Made by a program: the position numbers and the translations under genes
Shown: piece after piece, positions 45,666-54,671 of the stretch
How positions within the stretch are numbered: the stretch's first letter is position 1
How the letters are laid out: each line of letters begins with the position of its first letter
IMG/VR virus record: IMGVR_UViG_3300026292_000004
Coordinates: 26,509 to 90,508 of that record
Reading direction: 5' to 3' (one strand)
Length of the DNA: 64,000 bases
Origin: a virus
The notes under the pieces: model-generated
Database searches by the model: none
The model's input: only the letters and a program-made list of their open reading frames with translations
What the model was told of the DNA's origin: nothing

Positions 45666-46160
45666 TTAAGGACCGATCATTACGTTTGGACTACCCTGAG
45701 CAATCACAGAAAGGCACGGTGGACCTAATTGGTCGCCAACCTTACCCATTGCTAACTTATTAGCAAAAACTGTCTTTGTAGTGGCATGCATCACTCTTGT
45801 GTGACCAATACCTTTCTTATCTTCAGAAGCAAGCATACTACAATTACATACTTTAGGTCTAGGTGGTGTTTTACCACAAGGACCAACCATAATGATATTT
45901 GTACTTGATGCTCTATGCACTGTTAATACGTCCTTATCCAATATTGGTAAGATGCTATTAACAAAAACATTTCTCACATAAGGAGCAAATGGTGCTAAGA
46001 CAGTAGGTGGCCAAAAACAAACAGCATTTTTAACCGCTACAGATTTAGTGCTACATGTTAAACAAGTAGTACCACAACCAAACCAACCATGAATGTGACC
46101 ACTAATGGCTACACCATGACCAGAACAGTTTCCTCTATAAATCGCCGCAGGGACTCCCAT
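45666..46160 (-). CDS. PAAR-like baseplate spike tip protein (gp5.4-like), Cys-rich
   Basis: CSGHG near the N-terminus; NVFVN and TVFAN repeats; GKVGD..C.S.IAQGSPNVMIG C-terminus. Confidence 0.8.
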   Translation of the reverse strand: MGVPAAIYRGNCSGHGVAISGHIHGWFGCGTTCLTCSTKSVAVKNAVCFWPPTVLAPFAPYVRNVFVNSILPILDKDVLTVHRASSTNIIMVGPCGKTPPRPKVCNCSMLASEDKKGIGHTRVMHATTKTVFANKLAMGKVGDQLGPPCLSVIAQGSPNVMIGP

Positions 46161-46169
46161 ATTATACTC

Positions 46170-49037
46170 CTAGGTACACTTAAAGTCAAATGGATTGCCA
46201 GCTTTGTCACAAGCTTGTCCAAATAGATAGGCACTATTAGTCAAATCGTTATAAACCAATATTTTACCTTCAACATTGAAAGCTTTACAACCTTCACCAA
46301 ATGGTCCTGTTAATGAAGAACTATATGAAACATTTCCGCTATTGGAGGGTTGACCAGAAGTACCAAAACATCCACCTGATGTATTGTCTCCACAACCACG
46401 AGGGTTTAACGGTTCCCATGCCAATTTAACGTTTATATTAGCAGTTATTCTAGAATCAGGTATGTATTGTCTCAATAGGTATTTAGTATACGCAGAGGCA
46501 CATGGAAGGTCGTAGAAAGTACCGTGAACAGTACGTACTTCCTCTTTATCAAATTTGACTAATTTCTTGCCTGAAGATGTTACTTCGGGTGCTTCTGAGT
46601 TTAAATCTATAAACTCATCCTTACGAATCTTGTCAGCATCAACAAAATCTTGCATTGTACCTGCTTCAGAAGCAAATCCCCCTGCTCTAAGTCCTTCTCC
46701 CATTCTATCATCCAAAGTTCGCCATCTTAGGTCTTCCATATCCTCTCTATCGGGCAAAGCACGTCCTACTCGCTCAGTTCTGATCACATTTGGTAAGCGT
46801 TTTAGGTCTTTTACCTCATTTTGCTGAAATTGATGCGTAACATCAGTGTAAGGAGCCTGTCCCATACCCTTTCTTATGTCATCCATCGTTAAATTTGTCT
46901 GAAAATACAGTCTGTCTAGTCCATCTGGCATATCTTCTGCGGCACGTTGCATTATTCTCTTATAATGATCGTAATCATTGATCTCAGTACCCTCAGTATT
47001 GTAATCTTTTGGTGATAATCCACTCGCAGTCACACTATCAACGAAGACCTTATCGCTAAAACGTGGTATTGATGTAATTTCTGGCCGTGCTAACGCTTCA
47101 TTTAGCGGTTCATTTTGAGGATCTTCCTCATATGTGGTGCTTGCTGCGTAAAGTTTCTGTTTTATCTCCTTATGAGTCATCGGAATTGCAATATCAATCA
47201 ATTCACCTTGCGGATACATGGATCCACTGGATTTAACTGATAAAGATGTTAAAACTCCACTAGTAAATTCGTAGTCTATGACTGCATCTATCCCAGTTTC
47301 CTTTAAAGGATGTGCAATTGTGACTATCGGTTTGCTATTTAACTTATTCCAACCCATACCACCATCAGCAATCTTCATAGATTTGATTTGTCCGTTCTCA
47401 ATCTCTATATTAGTGATCTCTGCTCGTGTTTTTATTGCTGGACCTGTATTAGTTCCATCACATGTACTGTTAACAGTAAAGGAAGTACCATTAACTGCGG
47501 TAATATATGAGTTTTCTGCAAAGAATCCTGCTCTAAAATTGTATCCTACCTTAATCCACTGCGTATCTGCACCATTGACTAGTGTAACTGTACTACTTCC
47601 TTGAGTAACCATTACATCAAGTTTCTTTACACACGTAGGTTGACGGTAATCATTGAAAGAATTAGGTTGTCTATTCAAGTCTGCGGTCATATATTGCATA
47701 GACTTGTTACGAAATTCAAAGAGACCACCCAAAAATGCGCGATCTGGAATGCCAAATCCCGCTAAAACCGTAATTTGATTACCTCTAGAGGTCGTATATG
47801 TAGTATCTTTCGCAAAATCACTGCCATCTCCGCTAAGTTCCGCAATATGATAGTTAAAATTGAGATCCATGTGCTTCACTTTCTCAACTATATGCCCATT
47901 TACGGTATCTGCTGCATTTAAAAGCGCATAATTTGCATAAGGGTTACTTGTTTGAACATCACCAATAGCAGTAACTGCCAAATTAAAGTCAATACTACCC
48001 GCACCACCTATAGGTATAGACAAGTTAAAGTTATCACCTACCTGATAGTTGATACCAGCATTCATTAATTCGTCAATATAGATTGTACTACCAACAATAG
48101 TTGCAGGATCACCAGTCGTTCTAGGCTCATAACGCATTTTAATACGCAATCCTGTACCAGTACCACTATCCAATTCATCAAATACTAGGATATATGAAGC
48201 ACCAATGTCATCTGGATCACTCCAAGGGTTCTCTGGACAGTCTATGGGTATACCATTTGAACTAGTTCCTTCCCAACAATCCGTAGCACTACCACTAGTA
48301 GGTGTTATAGAGAAATCTACTGGTCCTTGAGGTGGTGTAGTAGGTATTCCATCCTCATATCTAAAAGCAATAGCATTAGTACGTGTACCAGCAGTCCATA
48401 TAGTAGGAAAAGGATCTCTACCTTCTACAAGACTACCTTCTGCTGTTGTATACTCTACAGTAGTTGCACCTGCTTCACAGGTAAAACTCTTACAAGGGTG
48501 ACATGTTTGACCCCATGATGATGTACTACTAGTAGGATTACCATCTCCATCAGTACCACTAGTTGTTTCATCTGTATCTTCTAGGAAATAACAAGGATAT
48601 CCTGCTATAGGACGTGATGTATCAAACAAGTAGTAGAACCATTGGTCTCCCCATAGAGGTTCAAATGATATCCCTGAAGGATATCTACTCATAACACCAT
48701 ATAATGCAGGGTTGGATCCTCCCAAAGATATTATAATCTTTCCACAATCACCACCATTGCCACAATTGAAGGGTGGTGGAGCATCATCCTGTTCACATAT
48801 AGTTCCACAGTACATTACAAGGTCTCGTTCCCACTCAGGAACGTTTACTTCCTCATATTGTGTTTTATCTACTCCATCTATAGGATCATATCTTTCATGT
48901 TGAAATGGAACACCATTAGTTACCTCATCAGGTAAATTGGTCATGTTAAGTTGACCCGTGTAGATATTACCACTAGGGTCGCATCTAGCACAGTGCTTAC
49001 TATTTCTCTCAGCATTCTTATTGGTATTACACCCCAC
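46170..49037 (-). CDS. Probable virion structural protein with Cys-rich termini
   Basis: 955 aa in the late baseplate block; GxGY/W beta-repeat segments like those in the wedge proteins; function not recognised. Confidence 0.6.
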   Translation of the reverse strand: MGCNTNKNAERNSKHCARCDPSGNIYTGQLNMTNLPDEVTNGVPFQHERYDPIDGVDKTQYEEVNVPEWERDLVMYCGTICEQDDAPPPFNCGNGGDCGKIIISLGGSNPALYGVMSRYPSGISFEPLWGDQWFYYLFDTSRPIAGYPCYFLEDTDETTSGTDGDGNPTSSTSSWGQTCHPCKSFTCEAGATTVEYTTAEGSLVEGRDPFPTIWTAGTRTNAIAFRYEDGIPTTPPQGPVDFSITPTSGSATDCWEGTSSNGIPIDCPENPWSDPDDIGASYILVFDELDSGTGTGLRIKMRYEPRTTGDPATIVGSTIYIDELMNAGINYQVGDNFNLSIPIGGAGSIDFNLAVTAIGDVQTSNPYANYALLNAADTVNGHIVEKVKHMDLNFNYHIAELSGDGSDFAKDTTYTTSRGNQITVLAGFGIPDRAFLGGLFEFRNKSMQYMTADLNRQPNSFNDYRQPTCVKKLDVMVTQGSSTVTLVNGADTQWIKVGYNFRAGFFAENSYITAVNGTSFTVNSTCDGTNTGPAIKTRAEITNIEIENGQIKSMKIADGGMGWNKLNSKPIVTIAHPLKETGIDAVIDYEFTSGVLTSLSVKSSGSMYPQGELIDIAIPMTHKEIKQKLYAASTTYEEDPQNEPLNEALARPEITSIPRFSDKVFVDSVTASGLSPKDYNTEGTEINDYDHYKRIMQRAAEDMPDGLDRLYFQTNLTMDDIRKGMGQAPYTDVTHQFQQNEVKDLKRLPNVIRTERVGRALPDREDMEDLRWRTLDDRMGEGLRAGGFASEAGTMQDFVDADKIRKDEFIDLNSEAPEVTSSGKKLVKFDKEEVRTVHGTFYDLPCASAYTKYLLRQYIPDSRITANINVKLAWEPLNPRGCGDNTSGGCFGTSGQPSNSGNVSYSSSLTGPFGEGCKAFNVEGKILVYNDLTNSAYLFGQACDKAGNPFDFKCT

Positions 49038-49413
49038 CTAGTTTATCCTCCAAAGCAGTAAGTCTCTTTCCATGATCGGTACGAGGTGCAGGATGTGCCT
49101 GTTCCTCAAGTTCTTTCAATTTCTTATAGATCAGTTCAAAGTTCTTACCAATATTTAGATGTTCCCCTTCACCTGGAGGTTTATACATGAATAAATCTTG
49201 GTCTATTGTGGGCATTTCATTTAAAGTTTTAATGCATGCACTTATTAATTCCTCATCTTCACGTAGTCTACCCAAGATATTCTCAAACGTTTTGCATATG
49301 GCATCGTGCGCCATTGAGTTGTCTAACCAGAGACTAACACTTCTTTCCTGCATCCATGCTGGAATAGCACCTTCAATAGGATCTGTTAGATTAACGTCTT
49401 CTTTACTGAACAT
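49027..49413 (-). CDS. Hypothetical protein
   Basis: 128-aa ORF overlapping the downstream gene. Confidence 0.6.
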   Translation of the reverse strand: MFSKEDVNLTDPIEGAIPAWMQERSVSLWLDNSMAHDAICKTFENILGRLREDEELISACIKTLNEMPTIDQDLFMYKPPGEGEHLNIGKNFELIYKKLKELEEQAHPAPRTDHGKRLTALEDKLGGV

Positions 49414-49453
49414 GTTTCATAATAATTGCAGAGATCGCGGGGATCGCGCCCCA

Positions 49454-49621
49454 CTATTTTTCGTCAAGTGACCTGTATACTAATAATGTTCCATCACCTT
49501 CGTCATCATACTCCAAGTGATCACCAGGACGCCACGAGAGGTCTTCTGTTAGGTCTTCAGGTAGGTTTAGATACAATCTACCTTCATCGTCCTCTTGCAG
49601 TGTTAATTGGAATCTTTTCAT
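49454..49621 (-). CDS. AbrB/MazE/SpoVT-like DNA-binding protein
   Basis: D.GRLYLNLPEDL...LSWRPGD.LEY...GTLL fits the swapped-hairpin pattern; start at MKRF overlaps the upstream stop (ATGA). Confidence 0.7.
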   Translation of the reverse strand: MKRFQLTLQEDDEGRLYLNLPEDLTEDLSWRPGDHLEYDDEGDGTLLVYRSLDEK

Positions 49622-49794
49622 GTAGGTTCGCTCCATCCTTTTTCTATGCTTGCTTTCACATCTGCGGATGCATTCACCTTATGTAGCAGAGAACTACAGT
49701 AATCTCGTCTACCTTCTGCCATATCTAGCGTAGCGTGTCTGGAATCTACGATCTTTTCTGAGGGTGTCTGAAAAAATACTGTGTATTGTGCCAT
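49618..49794 (-). CDS. 58-aa hypothetical protein (not in the ORF track)
   Basis: Manual translation MAQYTVFFQTPSEKIVDSRH...KGWSEPT*; overlaps its neighbours at both ends. Confidence 0.6.
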   Translation of the reverse strand: MAQYTVFFQTPSEKIVDSRHATLDMAEGRRDYCSSLLHKVNASADVKASIEKGWSEPT

Positions 49795-49994
49795 TAGAGA
49801 GGTGCTATAGAATAATCGCGTATGTTAGGTTTGTACTTCTCCCATCTTAAGATAATCTCTTTAGAATCTTTCACTCCCGATCTTACCATGTCATCGGCAA
49901 AGGCATACATCTGAGTTGCCAAGTGCTTCTCATGGTGGATTAAAGTCTCTAGAATAAACGTTCTAGTATCTTGGAGGGATTGGGTGAATTCCAT
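49794..49994 (-). CDS. Hypothetical protein
   Basis: Likely start MEFTQSLQ with AGGA upstream; first gene after the late promoter at 50064. Confidence 0.55.
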   Translation of the reverse strand: MEFTQSLQDTRTFILETLIHHEKHLATQMYAFADDMVRSGVKDSKEIILRWEKYKPNIRDYSIAPL

Positions 49995-50063
49995 TTGATC
50001 CTGTGGGGGAATTTTTAGTAGGCAAAAAAATTTTGGTCTACCCTGTACCAAACACGCAATTTT

Positions 50064-50071
50064 TATTTATA
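50064..50071 (-). promoter_or_regulatory. Late promoter TATAAATA heading the structural block
   Basis: Perfect T4 late consensus (+ strand TATTTATA). Confidence 0.7.
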
Positions 50072-50218
50072 TCTCTGGCGTTGGGGAACCTTTGTAGGTT
50101 AGGGTAGTAAGTCTTTTTAATATAAGGACGGCCGCCCCAACCGCCGAGATCCCTTAGTATGACTGCGATTTGGGGTGAGTTCTTTACATTTAGTGAGTGT
50201 GATTGCGTGTACTATGTG

Positions 50219-50566
50219 TTAGGCAACCTCTAAGGATTGCCCATCTAATAGTATCATTCCGTCAAAGAAAGATTCGGTAGCATTGTGATAACTAACAAAC
50301 CAATTCCATTGCTTTTGGAATACTTTAGCACCGTACTTTACCTCTTCTAAAATAGCATTTAGGCGAGATTTTGTCGTTACTGTTTCATAACCACAAGAGT
50401 CTAATTTGACTGCTTGAGTGTTATGATCAAAAGTCGCAATTTGATGCCCGTGGAGATAAACTTGTGAGCAATTTGTACTAGGGTTAAATGTTACTGAAGT
50501 GTTGGAAGATTGCCAGCAGTTCTTGTTAACAATTGCCCTGTTCATTTGCTGTTCAATTTTTCTCAT
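50219..50566 (-). CDS. Conserved cyanophage-type early hypothetical protein
   Basis: MRKIEQQM..AI; LHGHQIA; GY.T.TTKSRLNA; has its own early promoter. Confidence 0.75.
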   Translation of the reverse strand: MRKIEQQMNRAIVNKNCWQSSNTSVTFNPSTNCSQVYLHGHQIATFDHNTQAVKLDSCGYETVTTKSRLNAILEEVKYGAKVFQKQWNWFVSYHNATESFFDGMILLDGQSLEVA

Positions 50567-50592
50567 TTAGTGCTTTGCTTGTTTACTCCTTA

Positions 50593-50651
50593 AGTATAAC
50601 CCGCCTAGGGGTACAGTTCAAGTTACTTTGTGCCACTTTGTGAACTGTCTA
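50593..50651 (-). promoter_or_regulatory. Early promoter (TTGAAC-17-TATACT) with upstream 22-bp palindromic box
   Basis: -10 at 50593-50598; box GTGCCAC-TTTGTGAA-CTGTCTA at 50630-50651. Confidence 0.75.
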
Positions 50652-50826
50652 TAATGTCAATAAACCAACCGATTGATTTGATATAATCAAGGGGTGAATG
50701 TATCGGCGAATTATGTCTATTTTCGCCTCTACGGTTTCTAACACTATCCATATGCAATTCAAGGTCTGAGAGTGTATTAAACGTGCCCTGAATTACCTCT
50801 TCTGAGTTATACAAACGGTATTGCAT
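50623..50826 (-). CDS. Hypothetical protein
   Basis: 67-aa ORF in a tightly packed run. Confidence 0.55.
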   Translation of the reverse strand: MQYRLYNSEEVIQGTFNTLSDLELHMDSVRNRRGENRHNSPIHSPLDYIKSIGWFIDIIDSSQSGTK

Positions 50827-50833
50827 TTTTGGT

Positions 50834-51034
50834 TCAATTGTTTATAGGAACGTGGTAAAGATACCCCTCTGATAGTAAATGTTCTGCTCTACGGTTTATG
50901 TTAAAGTTTTCCACATGTTGCTCAGTATCTAACAAGAACTGTAGCAGGTCTATCTCATCACTTAGTGGGAAAAGTTGCTCGTTTCGTTGTAACCATCTGC
51001 TGTACAGTTCTTTATACTTAGTGGTCAAAAACAT
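50834..51034 (-). CDS. Hypothetical protein
   Basis: 66-aa ORF directly after a perfect sigma70 promoter. Confidence 0.6.
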   Translation of the reverse strand: MFLTTKYKELYSRWLQRNEQLFPLSDEIDLLQFLLDTEQHVENFNINRRAEHLLSEGYLYHVPINN

Positions 51035-51068
51035 GTGGAAAACTTCCTATAAGTGTTTTGATATTACC

Positions 51069-51097
51069 ATTATACCAGATATACTTAGGGATGTCAA
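51069..51097 (-). promoter_or_regulatory. Consensus sigma70-type promoter TTGACA-17-TATAAT
   Basis: Minus strand reads TTGACA TCCCTAAGTATATCTGG TATAAT. Confidence 0.85.
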
Positions 51098-51290
51098 GTA
51101 TTTAGTCTAATGTGACATTTTACTACGAAAGATTGACAATCCTTAGAGAAGTCGCTAAGGGAACGATTGTTCTGCTTAATTAACATTATTCCGTAGACTT
51201 TTCCACAGGGTTGTTAATAACTCTACCATATATTACGAATACTAACTAACAATTAAGTATTACATATATAGTCCTAGTGAGTAACACTTT

Positions 51291-52262
51291 ATGTCTTTAA
51301 TCTATTCCATTACAAATACAATCAATCAGAAGAAATACATTGGTAAAACATCAAGAACTATTTCACAACGTATTAACGAACATAAGCAAATTGCATCTGG
51401 TAATAGTAACAATAAGGGTGCAATTCATCATGCTATTAGTAAGTATGGTATTGAAAACTTTTCTATTAAGTGTATAGAAGAGTGTGATACTAATAGAGAA
51501 AATGAGCGTGAAATCTATTGGATTAAGATGTTACAAACCCATGTACAATATGGTAAAGGTTATAACATGACTAAAGGTGGAGATGGTATTACTTTAGCAC
51601 GTGAAGATTGGGGCAAACATATACATTCAAAACCTGTAAGTAAGTACGACTTAAATGGTAATCACATGGAAGATTACGACTCTATGGGATTAGCGTTAAC
51701 TGCAATCCTTGGGAAAAGTAAAAGATTACATGGTAAATCTGCTATTAGAAAATGTTGTACTGGGGGACAATCTTTTGCATTTGGTTATAGATGGAGTTGG
51801 AAAGATTGTCCTCTCCCAGATGTTAGTCACTTGCGTGATTATTCCAAGGGTAAGATATACGGTATTAATAAAGATGGGCGTACTAAATGTTGGTCAACTC
51901 AATTGGATTGCGTTAAAGAAATATCAAATAACCCCAAAGATAATAGCGGGATGAGTTTATCTTTAAGCAGTGAAGTTGACGCTAAAAGATGTACTTTTGG
52001 ATGGTATTTGTTCTATGATAAGAAACAATGTGCATTTGGTAAGTTTACACCTATGGTAAAAGGTGGGAGACCTAAAGGTACAAATAAGGTGAGATTTAAG
52101 GGCGTTAAGTATAACAATCCAGAGGACATTGTTTATTACGATTCATACCTAGATCTTAAAAAAGAGTATAAGTCATATGAGAATATTTACCGTAATATTC
52201 ATAACATAGAAATGGGTAAAAAGTGGTCTAAATGTTATGATCGTCAGTGGTATAAGGTTTAG
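51291..52262 (+). CDS. GIY-YIG homing endonuclease with NUMOD1-like C-terminal DNA-binding repeats
   Basis: LIYSITNTINQKKYIGKT..R..EH; AI.KYG.ENF; E.YWI; GYNMTKGG; KPVSKYDLNG....YDS...A...I.KCC.G...A.GY.W; inserted antisense to the surrounding genes. Confidence 0.88.
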   Translation: MSLIYSITNTINQKKYIGKTSRTISQRINEHKQIASGNSNNKGAIHHAISKYGIENFSIKCIEECDTNRENEREIYWIKMLQTHVQYGKGYNMTKGGDGITLAREDWGKHIHSKPVSKYDLNGNHMEDYDSMGLALTAILGKSKRLHGKSAIRKCCTGGQSFAFGYRWSWKDCPLPDVSHLRDYSKGKIYGINKDGRTKCWSTQLDCVKEISNNPKDNSGMSLSLSSEVDAKRCTFGWYLFYDKKQCAFGKFTPMVKGGRPKGTNKVRFKGVKYNNPEDIVYYDSYLDLKKEYKSYENIYRNIHNIEMGKKWSKCYDRQWYKV

Positions 52263-52342
52263 TTTTCCACAGATTACGCTCTCTAATGTATTCCCATATG
52301 ATACATGTTATCTCTTTCATTGTTAGATAGGTGAGCGAATCT

Positions 52343-52546
52343 TTAGGCATCTTGTAACACCAAATCACCCCAATATGCAGCATAAATTAATACATTGCAT
52401 TGACTCCATCCCCACATCTTTCCAGGATCGTCCCATTGTCTAACAGTTAGTGTGATATATTGTGTGCCAATAAAGTTAACAACACCACACTCACTTCCAT
52501 CCTTTAAACATACTTTGTCACCACGATTAAAAGGAAACTTTCTCAT
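52343..52546 (-). CDS. Hypothetical protein, paralog of 63325..63684
   Basis: Shared G.(V/I)NFIG.QYIT.....D.....G....NVL(I/V)Y...W.D motif. Confidence 0.65.
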   Translation of the reverse strand: MRKFPFNRGDKVCLKDGSECGVVNFIGTQYITLTVRQWDDPGKMWGWSQCNVLIYAAYWGDLVLQDA

Positions 52547-53514
52547 TAATCCCAGAACGATTTGGTCTGTTTCTTATGACCTATTCCCCCCATACTTCCA
52601 TCAAATTGTTTACGCCAAGGGGCAGGACTTGGTTTGCTTCCTTTATACTCAGGTGTGGATGATTTATCAGGTTGTTTATTAGTTTGATCCTTTAATTCTC
52701 TATCCATTGTTGATGCCATTGGTTCAAATCCTAACCAGTCAGGTGGTAAAGATTCTCTTCCAGGTAACTCACTTTCTAACATTTTAACCTCAAATCCGTA
52801 TCTATGACTAAACACAATGCGAGGAATCATGTTGACACTAAGTGATATTCTATTAGGTGAATTGTTGTCACTATATCCATGTCTGAGGTGTGATTCCCAT
52901 ATTAAAAAGTCACCTACATCAGGTTTAATTACTGCTCTAGGTTGTGAAAATACTGTTGCATTCTCTATATCTGGTGTAAATCCTATATGAGGTTCTATCG
53001 CAAAGTTAAACTTAGGGGATTGAAATTCAATGGGTGCAGCATCATCATCATGGTCTAAATACATGGTTCCCGATAAGAAACTATTTACATGTGCATGATA
53101 ACTTTGTCCACCATTTCCACGATTACAGTTAACCCAACTATCGTTAATTAGGTACTCTGATTGTATCATATAACCCAATACTTTAGTATGAAAATGATAA
53201 GCACATTCTTTCATCCATTGTTCTAACTCAGGTGCTTCAACATTCTTAAAGAAATTGTTATTTAGTGTAACCCCTTGTGTCTCACCTTTAGCATTAACTT
53301 GTTCACCACGTTGATAATAATGCTTGAGATCTTTATTACTCCAATTAACATTATGATTACGATCTTTCGTATCTTCTCTTACTTTATTGGTCAAATCTTC
53401 CAGATATTGTTTATCTGGATAAGAGTAACATCCAACTGCTATTGGAAACAATGGGAGTATTTCTTTAGGGGTAATGTTGTTACTTTGCATCTTAAGATTG
53501 TGGTTCAAGTCCAT
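52546..53514 (-). CDS. Putative 2OG-Fe(II) oxygenase, TIGR02466-like
   Basis: LFPI, SWVN, HAHVNSFLSGTMYL, GDFLIWESHLRHG, RISLS.N. Confidence 0.8.
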   Translation of the reverse strand: MDLNHNLKMQSNNITPKEILPLFPIAVGCYSYPDKQYLEDLTNKVREDTKDRNHNVNWSNKDLKHYYQRGEQVNAKGETQGVTLNNNFFKNVEAPELEQWMKECAYHFHTKVLGYMIQSEYLINDSWVNCNRGNGGQSYHAHVNSFLSGTMYLDHDDDAAPIEFQSPKFNFAIEPHIGFTPDIENATVFSQPRAVIKPDVGDFLIWESHLRHGYSDNNSPNRISLSVNMIPRIVFSHRYGFEVKMLESELPGRESLPPDWLGFEPMASTMDRELKDQTNKQPDKSSTPEYKGSKPSPAPWRKQFDGSMGGIGHKKQTKSFWD

Positions 53515-54130
53515 AGTATGTGCCTAAATCATGGTCAACATGTATCCAGAAGAAACGTGTTATTTGATATAAACCATTACCAGAATAGGGCATATCATTA
53601 TCTATAAGGACAGGACTTATACTATTAAGTAATGATGCGGGAAATAAGATTGCCTCGTTATTCTTTAACTCAACTGTGTAATCCTCATCATTAAATATCA
53701 AGTCACCACCTGTAAATAGTTTAGGTTGTTTATACAAATTAACCAACAATACCCACGCTACACCATCAACATGCTCATTGATATAACAGTTATTATCATA
53801 ATAATTAACAGTAGTTAATTGCGTACCACAGTTACTAAAACCTCTAAATGCGGGGTTAATACTTTCTAGTGCGGAAACTGTCTCTTTAGTGTATATTTTA
53901 TCTACACAATTTAATATATCTGATTGTCTAGCATCTTTAAATAACTCTTCAATAGTAACATAATTACGGTTACAAAATGGTTGCTCCGCATCATTACTCA
54001 TTATCTGCGGATGTAAACGAGTGGGAGACGTTAAATATTTCAATTCAGGAAATATTTGATGCTCTAGTTCATACTCAGTAAAAAATTCCTCAATCAAAAG
54101 ATGAGGAATAGGAGAGGTAATTTGCTTCAT
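53492..54130 (-). CDS. Prolyl-4-hydroxylase-like 2OG-Fe(II) oxygenase, possibly degenerate
   Basis: YY......HVD, PK.FTGGDL.F, NN.AILFP present; the distal His position reads Asn (LLNSISPV). Confidence 0.7.
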   Translation of the reverse strand: MKQITSPIPHLLIEEFFTEYELEHQIFPELKYLTSPTRLHPQIMSNDAEQPFCNRNYVTIEELFKDARQSDILNCVDKIYTKETVSALESINPAFRGFSNCGTQLTTVNYYDNNCYINEHVDGVAWVLLVNLYKQPKLFTGGDLIFNDEDYTVELKNNEAILFPASLLNSISPVLIDNDMPYSGNGLYQITRFFWIHVDHDLGTYYGLEPQS

Positions 54131-54273
54131 TGATTTAACATTCTATCAATTTGTTGTTGTTTCTCAGTATTAATATCTTTGAGATGATTACCAAAGTTGA
54201 TAACACCGAAGATTGCTTTTACACCATAGATTAAGAAGAATACTATGATGAATATGGTGATTGATTGTTTCAT
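54127..54273 (-). CDS. 48-aa membrane peptide (not in the ORF track)
   Basis: MKQSITIFIIVFFLIYGVKAIFGVINFG...; overlapping start/stop codons at both ends. Confidence 0.6.
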   Translation of the reverse strand: MKQSITIFIIVFFLIYGVKAIFGVINFGNHLKDINTEKQQQIDRMLNQ

Positions 54274-54398
54274 TGGCACATATCTTCAAAGCGTTGTTTA
54301 GCAATAATCTCGCAATGTGCCTCATCTAATTGAGGAAATTCTTCAAGGACTTCTTCATATATAGTCTCAAGAATTGATTCGTGATGTAATACACTCAT
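54270..54398 (-). CDS. 42-aa acidic hypothetical protein (not in the ORF track)
   Basis: MSVLHHESILETIYEEVLEEFPQLDEAHCEIIAKQRFEDMCQ*; overlapping start/stop codons. Confidence 0.65.
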   Translation of the reverse strand: MSVLHHESILETIYEEVLEEFPQLDEAHCEIIAKQRFEDMCQ

Positions 54399-54640
54399 TG
54401 TAATTTACCCCATGAATGAAATTGTGGAAGATTGTCTTTGCAATCTGTTACTTTGTATCCAAAATCTAAACGATCTTGTACACATTGGTTGAAGACTTCA
54501 TCAGTAATGATCATCTTTTTCATGGTCTTACCCATGAATGATAATACTCTCAACCGATAGTTTGCAATCAAAGTATTATCCCAGTCCTTAATTGGATAGA
54601 AATCTAATACCATGTTGCCGTCATTTGATGTAAGTTGCAT
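54395..54640 (-). CDS. Hypothetical protein
   Basis: 81-aa ORF starting MQLTS.DGNM..DFYP. Confidence 0.65.
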   Translation of the reverse strand: MQLTSNDGNMVLDFYPIKDWDNTLIANYRLRVLSFMGKTMKKMIITDEVFNQCVQDRLDFGYKVTDCKDNLPQFHSWGKLQ

Positions 54641-54671
54641 AATAATTAAAGCGAATGATTTACTTGGGGAG

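Noticed and set aside
49432-49452. GATCGCG-GG-GATCGCG GC-rich spot
   Set aside because: Short direct repeat with no convincing stem or U-tract; too little to support a call.
255-49686. Many 60-110 aa + strand ORFs and short alternative-frame minus ORFs inside the structural genes
   Set aside because: They are shadows of long, codon-biased minus-strand genes and show no recognisable motifs.
51100-52340. Group I intron around the GIY-YIG gene
   Set aside because: No split gene flanks it, it is antisense to its neighbours, and no intron core elements were recognisable.
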